Virus record (IMG/VR): IMGVR_UViG_3300025470_000023
Origin: an uncultured virus (IMG/VR IMGVR_UViG_3300025470_000023)
Taxonomy: Duplodnaviria; Heunggongvirae; Uroviricota; Caudoviricetes
Length of the DNA: 64,000 nucleotides
Strand: one strand, 5' to 3'
Positions 8,877-17,793 of the stretch are shown piece by piece (positions within the stretch are counted from its first letter, which is position 1; every line of letters begins with the position of its first letter). A program made the translations under genes and the position numbers. The notes under the pieces were generated by a model. That model saw nothing but the letters and a program-made list of their open reading frames with translations. It was not told where the DNA came from and did no database searches.

Positions 8877-9803
8877 TTATTTCCTCGTCAGGTCGAACAC
8901 AGCACACCAGTCCTGAGCCGCGTTGGGTTGTTCGCTGATGCGTGTTTTCTGTGAGTGGGTGTAGCGCACATCCTGTTTGAAGTTCGGCACGGAGAGTTTT
9001 AACGCGGCCACTTGTAGATGCAGTTTGATCGACCGTCCTCCCATCGTGTTCTCTATATCCTCGAACCGCCCTACGTATGTGCGCTTGTAGTCCTCCGGGT
9101 TGTAACGCTTGGTTGTGGATACGTACTTGCCATCGACCTTCTCTATCTTCACTACGGTGCGCCGAATGAACGGTTTGTGTTCGGCTATATAATTGTCCAG
9201 CTCCGATAGCGTAGCGCGCTGTGCCTTTTCTTTGGGTTTGGCACGATGCAGAACTTTTCTTTCAAGCGTGCGGATACGGCGCATCATGCGCTCACGTTCC
9301 AGTTCCTCCTCTGTCTTTCTATTATGTGCCATGTGCTCGCCACGGATCATGCGCTCGCGGTACTGCTCGACCCACTCATCCATAGCACGGGCAACAAGGG
9401 CAACGTCATTCCGGTATCGCCTACGCATGCGCGCGGCGGTTTTCTTATACTCATGCTCGGGCGGGTTCAGTCGATCAGCACGTAGTTCTTCCTTCTTACT
9501 CAGGTCGTAAATGTGGCATTGGCATTGTGCTCCTTTGTAGGGAGTGCCCTTGTAGAACCCTGTCAGTTTTGAACAGATGAAGCTATCGGTGAGCCTGAGT
9601 GTTTCATATCCTCCACATTCGTAAAGCTCTTTGGCTACTTGGGCCTTGATGTAGAGGGTGTCGGTGTCGGGTTCGTAGCGCATACTGGCAGTTCGGTAGA
9701 ACTCGCGTTCCTCGGGTGTAAGTTCTTTCTTTTCTGCACGAGCATTGCTATCCACACGGATAACGTCAACTGAATTGTTCATGAGATCGCGTAGCATACC
9801 CAC
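8877..9803 (-). CDS. putative DNA-binding protein; N-terminus resembles the primase-helicase C-terminal domain
   Basis: 308 aa, AGGAGG RBS; RYEPDTDTLYI versus RFEPDTKMLYI in 54557..57481. Confidence 0.6.
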   Translation of the reverse strand: MGMLRDLMNNSVDVIRVDSNARAEKKELTPEEREFYRTASMRYEPDTDTLYIKAQVAKELYECGGYETLRLTDSFICSKLTGFYKGTPYKGAQCQCHIYDLSKKEELRADRLNPPEHEYKKTAARMRRRYRNDVALVARAMDEWVEQYRERMIRGEHMAHNRKTEEELERERMMRRIRTLERKVLHRAKPKEKAQRATLSELDNYIAEHKPFIRRTVVKIEKVDGKYVSTTKRYNPEDYKRTYVGRFEDIENTMGGRSIKLHLQVAALKLSVPNFKQDVRYTHSQKTRISEQPNAAQDWCAVFDLTRK

Positions 9804-10220
9804 TAAAAACCTCCTATGTGGTGTTCAGCCCTTGCGGGGCGCGGGATTAAAAGGACGGACTAAATGTAACAGAAAAACGAGGAACCGACAACTTTAATGG
9901 ACGGGCTAGGTGTGACGGGGGATGAGCGGGTTCTTTAGTTTAGAAAAAGGTTTTATAAATAAAAAAGCACCAAGCTATAGATAGAGAGATAGAACGGGAG
10001 GAGTAGACAGAGATAGACATAGCCGGGGAGATACTCGCTAAAGTTTTATATATTATTTTTTATAAAACTTATTATAGAGAGAGAAAGCCCGTTGCCTCCC
10101 GTTGCCTCTAAGGGCTGTGCATAAAAAGTCCTGTAGTGCCTACTTTCCGCGCTTCTAATTTTTATTCTTTACCCTCGCGTCTGGTGTGGGCTGCACGTAG
10201 CCTGCCATGCTTTTATCACC

Positions 10221-10240
10221 AACTTCATACGTATGAAGTT
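10221..10240. repeat. 20-bp palindrome copy 6
   Basis: Exact. Confidence 0.95.
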
Positions 10241-10285
10241 CAAACCACCACGCCCCTTGCCATCCTACTGGCTTCTCATCTCTAC

Positions 10286-10305
10286 AACTTCATACGTATG
10301 AAGTT
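10286..10305. repeat. 20-bp palindrome copy 7
   Basis: Exact. Confidence 0.95.
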
Positions 10306-10427
10306 CGCCCCTCGTCGTGCGCCCTCGCGCGCCTCATCCCTGACGCCCCTTGCCCGACTACTGGCTTCGTGAGAGCGTCCACAAGGCGCGAAACGAACGT
10401 AGGGTAGGCTGACCTACCTTCAGACAC

Positions 10428-10457
10428 AAAAAAGCCCGTCACGCGAACGTGACGGGC
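10428..10457 (-). terminator. rho-independent terminator
   Basis: GCCCGTCACG-TTCG-CGTGACGGGC followed by TTTTTT on the minus strand. Confidence 0.85.
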
Positions 10458-10470
10458 AGGAGGGAGGAAC

Positions 10471-10545
10471 TTAGAATTTTTCAATCAATCCGGGGAGGAT
10501 CAACAAACCGAAGATCAAGAACCAAATAACGTATTTATCTTTCAT
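10471..10545 (-). CDS. 24-aa hydrophobic peptide
   Basis: MKDKYVIWFLIFGLLILPGLIEKF, GGAG RBS. Confidence 0.5.
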   Translation of the reverse strand: MKDKYVIWFLIFGLLILPGLIEKF

Positions 10546-10586
10546 GGTATCTCCGAAAGTGGGGCCGATTGCTCGGCCCCGTATGG

Positions 10587-10658
10587 TTAATATGTGGTGC
10601 AAGAGTGAGTGAGAATGTATAACCCTAGCATCACGATCATGTAGACGGTGAATCTCAT
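10587..10658 (-). CDS. 23-aa hydrophobic peptide
   Basis: MRFTVYMIVMLGLYILTHSCTTY; ATGA overlap with the upstream stop. Confidence 0.4.
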   Translation of the reverse strand: MRFTVYMIVMLGLYILTHSCTTY

Positions 10659-11293
10659 TTCTTTACCGTCAGTTTGCCCTTCGCGTCGAGTACCGCGTAT
10701 CCCTTAGCAACTAGCGTGGACTTGAAAGCCGCGATGATTTTTTCGTCGGCTTTCTTGACCGTCTTAACATCGACCCCGAGAGTCTCGAACACCCCGAGAG
10801 CGATCGCCCCGAAACCTTCGCGATCCAGTGAGAGAATCAGTGATTCAGTGCAAGGGATATCAGCCGCGGCCAATTTGATGACCTTGCCGTCGATCAGGTC
10901 GATGTGCCGCGTCTTTTCCTTGAATCGGCTCGGGTTGAGGTCCGTTACTTCGTACCCATTCTTGCCGCCATTGTAGAAATTTTTCATGGCGGAAAGGTTG
11001 TTAGCAACCGAACCCTTTTCAAGTCCCTGCTGGGTTTGAGAGTCCATCAAGGCTTTGATACCCGAATTTGTTTTAGCCGTGCCCGTCCACTTCCAACCTG
11101 CCAGCTTTGCGGCTTTCAGGTTGAGGTTGAGTTCGGCGCGGTGAACTTCGACCGCCGCTTTCACGGCTTCCCGAGTCTTTTTCATGGACTCGCGGCCATC
11201 GGCTTGCGCCTTGACCATTGCGCCAACCGCATTACCGGCATTGGTGAGAAAGCCGACGATTTCGGCTATTGGTTTTTTGGCTTGTGCTGCCAT
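10655..11293 (-). CDS. basic early protein, unknown function
   Basis: 212 aa, Lys/Ala rich, GGAG RBS, first gene after the 11378-11405 promoter. Confidence 0.7.
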   Translation of the reverse strand: MAAQAKKPIAEIVGFLTNAGNAVGAMVKAQADGRESMKKTREAVKAAVEVHRAELNLNLKAAKLAGWKWTGTAKTNSGIKALMDSQTQQGLEKGSVANNLSAMKNFYNGGKNGYEVTDLNPSRFKEKTRHIDLIDGKVIKLAAADIPCTESLILSLDREGFGAIALGVFETLGVDVKTVKKADEKIIAAFKSTLVAKGYAVLDAKGKLTVKK

Positions 11294-11377
11294 AGTAAAT
11301 CTCCAATCAGTTTGTTAAAGAACGAACCGAACGCGCGGTTCGATTGCGTGGTTGGCTTGTTGCCTTCCACGGTTCCC

Positions 11378-11405
11378 ATCATACACCAATAGCTAACCGT
11401 GTCAA
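11378..11405 (-). promoter_or_regulatory. sigma70-like promoter
   Basis: TTGACA-16-TATGAT. Confidence 0.65.
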
Positions 11406-11414
11406 CCCTTGTTT

Positions 11415-11434
11415 AACTTCATACGTATGAAGTT
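11415..11434. repeat. 20-bp palindrome copy 8
   Basis: Exact; 9 bp upstream of the -35 box. Confidence 0.95.
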
Positions 11435-11842
11435 CAAAGATCCGCTTAGAGGAAGGCGCGTAGCGCGGGCGCATGATGCGCGAACGCGCGCGAACGCGCG
11501 GGCGCAGGCGCGTGGGCGCGACCCCACCTCCGGGGGGAGGCCCCTCTGGTCAGCGGAGTCCCACGCGCGCACATAAACTGTGATCCGCACATTCAATCCC
11601 CATTTTCCAATCTCACATTCTGGGTCCCATCCTCACTAAAAATTTTTACTACATAACCCAAGCTCACATAGTGAGCCCCACCCCCTCTTCCCCCTACATA
11701 CCCCCAAACCCTTTGGGTCCCATCCAACTCAAAAAATTTCCATACAAAATTTTGTATACTATTCTATAGCACCCGCTATACGTTTGATTCGCCCTTTGCC
11801 TCGTGCTATCGTCATGCCTTCTGGTACTTCGTGTGACCTGCG

Positions 11843-12373
11843 ATGGACAATTTATATTTTGAGCTGGACGATTGGGCACCTGATGGTGCCATCGACGATG
11901 TTCCCGTGCCACTTGAGGCACGTTGCCCTATGGAAGAGATCTTTTCTCGCGCAAGCTTTCAGGCAGGCAAGCTGCCTTCCGACAAGGAAGTGCCTTTATC
12001 CGCTGAAGACAAGCAATGGCTGGCGCAAAAGGCCACTACCCCCGAGAACACCAGCCCTCCACCCAGCTATGCGGCTGAAAGATTCTTCAAAAGCCAGCTT
12101 GAGCGGTTCAATTTCGTCATGCCTGCCTCTCAGGAACAGTGGCAGAACTATGTGATGTACAAGTATTTCGAGCTTTCACTCGATCCAGACCCGAAAATCA
12201 GCAAACCTGCGCTTGATTCTCTCGCAAAATCGTCCGTAGTCGGCCTCGCAACCGAGAAAACGGAGATCAACATCAACACGATGCCTACCGCAGACCTCGA
12301 AAAGGAACTTCTGAGTGCCATAAAGCGGTTCTCTGGCGAAAAAGTGATCGAAGGGACGGCGGAGAGGCTATAA
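11843..12373 (+). CDS. probable terminase small subunit
   Basis: Abuts terL; ALDSLAKSSVVGLATEKTEI C-terminal pattern. Confidence 0.6.
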   Translation: MDNLYFELDDWAPDGAIDDVPVPLEARCPMEEIFSRASFQAGKLPSDKEVPLSAEDKQWLAQKATTPENTSPPPSYAAERFFKSQLERFNFVMPASQEQWQNYVMYKYFELSLDPDPKISKPALDSLAKSSVVGLATEKTEININTMPTADLEKELLSAIKRFSGEKVIEGTAERL

Positions 12374-13885
12374 ATGCTCGATCTCACTCCCGAACAGATA
12401 GAAAACCTCCTCGCAAGCGCCCCAAAGAGCGAAAAAGCGAAGATTTTAGGGCTCATTGATGAGCTGCATACCCGTAAGGTACGCGCGCAGGCACAGGATG
12501 ACTTCATTGCCTACGTAAAAGCGGTCTGGCCGGACTTCATATCGGGTACCCATCACCGACGCATCGCGAAGCTCTTTGAAGCCGTAGCCCGTGGGGAGAA
12601 AAAGCGAGTCATCATCAACCTTGGCCCTCGCCACACGAAGAGTGAGTTTGCCTCCTACCTGCTGCCGTCATGGATTCTGGGTAAATCCCCCAAGAAAAAG
12701 GTGATGCAGATCAGTAACACTGCCGAGCTGGCCGAAGGATTCGGTCGTAAGGTGCGTAACCTCGTGGACAGCAATGAGTACAAGAAAATCTTCCCAGAAG
12801 TTGAGCTCCGAACCGACTCCAAGGCGGCTGGACGTTGGAACACTAATTACAATGGTGAGTACTTTGCTTCTGGTGTTGGTGGTACCGTTACTGGTCGCGG
12901 TGCTGATCTACTTATCATCGACGACCCTCACTCAGAAGGGGAAGCGGTACTTGCCCAGCACAACCCCGAGATCTACGACAAAGTATTTGAGTGGTACACC
13001 TCGGGACCCCGGCAGCGCTTACAGCCGGGCGGGGCCATAATCATCGTTATGACAAGATGGTCATTGCGTGACCTGACTGGACAAGTTTTAGAGGCGTCCG
13101 CCTCTCGCGGCGGCGATAAGTGGGAGGTGATTGAGTTCCCTGCCATCATGCCCTCCGGCAAACCCCTCTGGCCTGAATTCTGGCCGCTGAAAGAACTGGA
13201 AGCCATTCGTCAGGAACTGCCGAATAGCAAGTGGATGGCGCAGTATCAGCAGGAACCCACCTCTGAGTCGAATGCCATCATCAAACGGGAGTGGTGGCAA
13301 CCATGGCCGCACGAGAAACCGCCGCCTGTAGACTTCATCATCATGGCGATGGACACAGCCTTCGAGAAAAAGACCTCTGCTGACTACAGCGCTGCAGTCA
13401 TATTCGGTGTATTCGATAACGAGGAGGACGGAGGCCAGCCGAACCTGATCCTTCTAAACTCTTGGCGCGAGCGGCTCGAGTTCCCCGAGCTGAAAGCGAA
13501 AACGCTGGAACTGTACCAAGAGTGGGAGCCTGATGCGGTGATTATCGAAAAGAAGGCTTCGGGCGCTCCGCTGATCTACGAACTGCGGCGTATGGGCATT
13601 CCGGTGCAAGAGTTCACCCCCAACAAGGGTAATGACAAGATTACTCGTTTGAATGCGATCGCGGACATATTCGCCTCGGGGAAAGTCTGGTCGCCAGAGA
13701 AACGCTGGGCGGAAGAGGTCATCGACGAAGTCGCCTCATTCCCGGCAGGTAGAAACGATGACTTGGTGGACTGCGTGTCCCTCGCGCTGGCGCGCTTCCG
13801 TTCGGGTGGGTTCATCGGCACGGCGATGGACAAGGAGTACGAGAACGAGTGGATGTTTAAAGGGCGAAAGGCGGCATACTATTGA
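12374..13885 (+). CDS. terL: terminase large subunit
   Basis: Walker A-like GPRHTKS, Walker B LLIIDD, VMTRW, nuclease DTA...DYSA and DDLVD. Confidence 0.95.
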   Translation: MLDLTPEQIENLLASAPKSEKAKILGLIDELHTRKVRAQAQDDFIAYVKAVWPDFISGTHHRRIAKLFEAVARGEKKRVIINLGPRHTKSEFASYLLPSWILGKSPKKKVMQISNTAELAEGFGRKVRNLVDSNEYKKIFPEVELRTDSKAAGRWNTNYNGEYFASGVGGTVTGRGADLLIIDDPHSEGEAVLAQHNPEIYDKVFEWYTSGPRQRLQPGGAIIIVMTRWSLRDLTGQVLEASASRGGDKWEVIEFPAIMPSGKPLWPEFWPLKELEAIRQELPNSKWMAQYQQEPTSESNAIIKREWWQPWPHEKPPPVDFIIMAMDTAFEKKTSADYSAAVIFGVFDNEEDGGQPNLILLNSWRERLEFPELKAKTLELYQEWEPDAVIIEKKASGAPLIYELRRMGIPVQEFTPNKGNDKITRLNAIADIFASGKVWSPEKRWAEEVIDEVASFPAGRNDDLVDCVSLALARFRSGGFIGTAMDKEYENEWMFKGRKAAYY

Positions 13886-14331
13886 ACATGTATATACATT
13901 TGAGGGGTGATGTTATGAAGCAAGAAAAGCTATGTGAGAGCGAAGATATGACGTTTGAAGATGAGTGGGATAAAGACGGCAACCGCGTGAAGTTCCTGCC
14001 CGGCAACAAGGAGTACGAGGCCGAGAAGGACTACAGCCGCTACTATCCCGATCCTGTGGACCAGCAGAAGTTTAACGAGGACATGGGCGTGGAGAATGTA
14101 AGGCAGATGGTTGCAGGCATCGCGAGCACCCGGCAGGTGGGAGGAGATCACTACAAGAGAATGGACATTCAGCCATGGGATGTGGTCGACCACGGGCCTA
14201 GGCAGCAGGCTATTGGGTTTTACAGGTACAATGCGCTCAAGTACATTATGCGCGCAGGTGAGAAGGGTGCTTTTAAGGAAGACATCCAGAAGGCGCATCA
14301 CTATCTGCAGAAACTCCTCGAACTTCTATAG
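13882..14331 (+). CDS. DUF3310 (SaV / T7 gp1.7-like) protein
   Basis: QVGGDHY...IQPWD...NALKYIMRAGEKG...EDIQKAHHYL. Confidence 0.8.
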   Translation: MNMYIHLRGDVMKQEKLCESEDMTFEDEWDKDGNRVKFLPGNKEYEAEKDYSRYYPDPVDQQKFNEDMGVENVRQMVAGIASTRQVGGDHYKRMDIQPWDVVDHGPRQQAIGFYRYNALKYIMRAGEKGAFKEDIQKAHHYLQKLLELL

Positions 14332-14339
14332 GCACACAC

Positions 14340-17216
14340 ATGGCTATCCCCAATATCGACAAGGCTATGCTTCCTCAGTCTCCGTTTCTTATGGAAGATG
14401 ACGATGCGCCGATTGAAATTGATATTGGAGATCCTAACGAGCCGGTAGAGGTAGAAGCGGACATAGAGCTCGACAAGCAGCCTGCATTTGATTCCAATCT
14501 GGCCGAGTTCATCGACGAAAGTCACCTTGCTTCCCTTGCCTCCGATCTCATGGAGGACTTTGACAACGACAAGATGTCGAGAAAAGAGTGGGAAAGGACT
14601 TATGTCGACGGGCTGGACCTTCTCGGACTAAAAATCGAGGAGCGCAGCGAGCCGTGGAGCGGTGCCTGCGGAGTATTCCATCCCATCCTCTCTGAAGCGG
14701 TTATTCGTTTTCAAGCTGAAATGATCGCGGAGACCTTCCCGGCGCAAGGGCCGGTGAGGGCGAAAATCGTGGGTAAGGACGACCGGGCGACGCAGGAAGC
14801 AGCCAAGCGGGTAGTGGAGGATATGAATCACCACCTGACGGACAAGATGGTGGAGTTTCGCCCCGAGCATGAAAAGATGCTGTGGGGGCTGGCGCTCTCG
14901 GGTGCTGGGTTCAAGAAGGTGTATTACGACCCGACAATGGACCGCCCGACTTCGATGTACGTCCCGGCAGAAGACCTGATCATCCCTTACGGTGCCTCGG
15001 ATCTGCGGTCGGCACCACGCATTACGCATGTGATGCGGAAAACCAAGAATGAAATCAAGAAGCTCCAATACACGGGGTTCTACCGGGATATTGACCTCGG
15101 AGAGCCGACCAAGCTTATTGACGAGATTCAGCGCCGCAAGGATGACGCTGAAGGGTACGCACAGCTCGATGACGATCGGTATCAGCTCCTTGAAATCAGC
15201 ATAGACCTCGACCTGCCCGGCTTTGAAGATACGGACGAAGAGGACGGTGAAGAGACAGGGATTGCACTGCCCTACATAGTGACCATCGACCGGGGAACGG
15301 AAGAAGTTCTCGCCATTCGGCGTAACTGGGACGAGCATGATCCGCTCAAGGAAAAGAAACAGCACTTCGTACAGTACACGTACATTCCGGGGTTTGGTGC
15401 CTACGGATACGGGCTGATTCACCTGCTGGGTGGGTCCGCGAAAAGCGCGACTTCGATTACTCGCCAGCTTGTGGATGCTGGCACACTGTCCAACCTTCCG
15501 GGCGGACTCAAGTCAAGGGGGCTCCGAATCAAGGGTGATGACACTCCCATCATGCCCGGCGAATGGAGAGATGTGGACGTTCCTTCCTCCAACATCAAGG
15601 ACAATATCCTCCCCCTCCCCTACAAGGAACCGAGCGCAACGCTGTTCCAGCTTCTGCAAAACGTAGTCGATGAAGGGCGCAAGCTGGCGGCAGTCAGCGA
15701 TGTGAAGTTCGGTGAAGTCAATGGGGAAGCTCCGGTAGGCACCACGCTGGCGATTCTCGAGCGTGAGCTCAAGGTGATGAGTGCCGTTCAGGCGCGCGTC
15801 CATGCGTCCATGGCGCAGGAGTTCAAACTGATCGCGGGGCTCATCCGCGACTTCACCGCGCCGACCTATGACTACATGCCTGACTTCGGTGCCAAACCCA
15901 CCGCGAAGAAGGAAGATTACGATCAGGTCGACATCATTCCGGTCAGTGATCCTAATGCCTCCACCATGGCGCAGCGGATCATTCAGTATCAGGCTGCGAT
16001 TCAGCTTGCTCAGCAGTCTCCGCAAATCTATAACCTGCCGGTTCTTCACCGTCAGATGCTTGAAGTTATGGGTATCAAGGACGCGGATAAGATCGTTACG
16101 GTACCGGAAGACGACGAGAAGCCGACCGACCCAGTCACTGAGAACATGGAGATTCTCAAGCAAAAGCCCTGCAAGGCGTTCATCGAGCAGGACCACGAGT
16201 CGCATATCACCATCCACATGAGCATGATCAACGACCCGAAGGTCGCCGCGATCATGGGGCAAGATCCGAACGCTAACGCCATCAAGGCGGCGCTTATGGC
16301 CCATGTGCAGGAGCACGTAGGGTTCCGCTACCGTCAGGAGCTTCAGCAGCAGTTGGGTGTCAGCCTGCCGCCGCCGGATACACAGCTCAAACCGGAACTC
16401 GCTGCGCAGCTCGCGCAGCTCTCGGCACAGGCAGCACAGCAGCTTGTTCAGGCCAATCAGGCGCAGGCGCAGCAACAGCAGAATCAGCAGGCCGCGCAGG
16501 ACCCCGTGGTTCAGATGCAGCAGAAGGAACTGCAGCTTAAAGAGCAAGAGATCAACGACAAGAAGTTCCTCGAACTCGAGAAACTGAAGACGCAGAAAGA
16601 AATTGCGATGATCAACAACGAGGCCAAGCTGCTCCTTCAGCATGAGGACGCGCAGGTCGAAGGGTTGTTCAAGGGCATGGACATGGCCATCCAGCAACAG
16701 AACGCAACACAAATGGCTCCGCCGCCGGGTGGACCCGGCCCGCAAACGCCTCCGCCGCCCGGCCCTCAAGGTCCGCAAGGAGGTCCACCTGCCCCACCAC
16801 CGCCCGGTATGGCTGATGGCGGAAGCACCACAGACAAGATCAATCAATACGCACGGAAGGGCCAGTACGCGGTGGCTGATGCGCTAGGTATGGGTGATGC
16901 GACAAGGCACTCTACGGAAATGGCCGACCAGTATTACCCCGGTGAAGAGCACAATCTTCGCGGAGACGCATTGCGTCACCTGCTCTGGCAGGGAGAACTA
17001 CAGCAGCAGTACGGAGATATTCCGGCGTCAATGGCTGGTTGGGCGCATGAGAAGCTTAGTTCTGACAGCCCTGCGGAAGAAGAAATGGATACGTTCAACA
17101 ACGAGTTGGGGCGGCGTCTCGGATCAGAGACCGCCAACAAGGAAGAGCTGCTGGCACGAGCACGCGCCGCAGTGGATAAAGGCGAAGCACACACCATAGG
17201 GAAACCTAAAAAATGA
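14340..17216 (+). CDS. portal protein with an extra C-terminal domain
   Basis: Follows terminase; P22-like portal features (GFKKVYYD, Q-rich barrel), then a Pro-rich linker and about 135 extra aa. Confidence 0.9.
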   Translation: MAIPNIDKAMLPQSPFLMEDDDAPIEIDIGDPNEPVEVEADIELDKQPAFDSNLAEFIDESHLASLASDLMEDFDNDKMSRKEWERTYVDGLDLLGLKIEERSEPWSGACGVFHPILSEAVIRFQAEMIAETFPAQGPVRAKIVGKDDRATQEAAKRVVEDMNHHLTDKMVEFRPEHEKMLWGLALSGAGFKKVYYDPTMDRPTSMYVPAEDLIIPYGASDLRSAPRITHVMRKTKNEIKKLQYTGFYRDIDLGEPTKLIDEIQRRKDDAEGYAQLDDDRYQLLEISIDLDLPGFEDTDEEDGEETGIALPYIVTIDRGTEEVLAIRRNWDEHDPLKEKKQHFVQYTYIPGFGAYGYGLIHLLGGSAKSATSITRQLVDAGTLSNLPGGLKSRGLRIKGDDTPIMPGEWRDVDVPSSNIKDNILPLPYKEPSATLFQLLQNVVDEGRKLAAVSDVKFGEVNGEAPVGTTLAILERELKVMSAVQARVHASMAQEFKLIAGLIRDFTAPTYDYMPDFGAKPTAKKEDYDQVDIIPVSDPNASTMAQRIIQYQAAIQLAQQSPQIYNLPVLHRQMLEVMGIKDADKIVTVPEDDEKPTDPVTENMEILKQKPCKAFIEQDHESHITIHMSMINDPKVAAIMGQDPNANAIKAALMAHVQEHVGFRYRQELQQQLGVSLPPPDTQLKPELAAQLAQLSAQAAQQLVQANQAQAQQQQNQQAAQDPVVQMQQKELQLKEQEINDKKFLELEKLKTQKEIAMINNEAKLLLQHEDAQVEGLFKGMDMAIQQQNATQMAPPPGGPGPQTPPPPGPQGPQGGPPAPPPPGMADGGSTTDKINQYARKGQYAVADALGMGDATRHSTEMADQYYPGEEHNLRGDALRHLLWQGELQQQYGDIPASMAGWAHEKLSSDSPAEEEMDTFNNELGRRLGSETANKEELLARARAAVDKGEAHTIGKPKK

Positions 17217-17395
17217 CTGGACTAGAAATCCTGCAGAAAGAATTGAACGAGCTCATTGAAGCTCGCAAAGACGCGATCGCCTTCGGGCACGCTGTTGACT
17301 ACGCCGAGTATCGGCATCTCGTTGGGGTAATCACAGGTCTGACCTCAGCGCTGGAACGTGTAAAAGACCTGCGTAAGTACGAAGAGGAAATCTGA
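17213..17395 (+). CDS. small head-region protein
   Basis: 60 aa, DYAEYRHLVGVITGL; coupled overlaps on both sides. Confidence 0.7.
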   Translation: MTGLEILQKELNELIEARKDAIAFGHAVDYAEYRHLVGVITGLTSALERVKDLRKYEEEI

Positions 17396-17784
17396 TGTCT
17401 GTCGCTAACATCGACGCTGAAAAGACTCAAGAAAGTGCAGAGAAGCTGGCCGAACGTCTCCCTGAGCCAAAGGGATACAAGATGCTGGTGGTAAAGCCGG
17501 AAATCAACAAGACTACGGATGGCGGCATCGCTATCGCTGACATTACCGCCAAGCGCGAAGAAGCGGGGGCAGTCGTTGGTCTTGTCCTCAAACAAGGCGA
17601 TATGTGCTACATGGACAAGGATAAGTTCCCCACGGGTCCGTGGTGCAAGGAAGGAGATTTTGTCCTCCTCCGCGCGTATTCTGGCTCCCGGTTCTCTGTA
17701 GATGGCAAAGAGTTCATCATCGTGAATGATGATCAGATTGAGGGTACTGTTGCTGATCCACGCGGTATCAACCGCGCATACTAA
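17395..17784 (+). CDS. groES: co-chaperonin GroES (Cpn10)
   Basis: PKGYKMLV, KTTDGGIAI mobile loop, GDFVL..YSG, DGKEFIIVNDDQI. Confidence 0.85.
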   Translation: MSVANIDAEKTQESAEKLAERLPEPKGYKMLVVKPEINKTTDGGIAIADITAKREEAGAVVGLVLKQGDMCYMDKDKFPTGPWCKEGDFVLLRAYSGSRFSVDGKEFIIVNDDQIEGTVADPRGINRAY

Positions 17785-17793
17785 AGGTGATTT

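Noticed and set aside
10221..10305. Two palindrome copies 45 bp apart as a mini CRISPR array
   Set aside because: Only two adjacent copies; the rest are dispersed at gene boundaries, and no cas operon is present.
14628..16847. Long antisense ORFs (264 and 444 aa) opposite the portal
   Set aside because: No recognisable motifs or RBS; explained by sense-strand codon bias.
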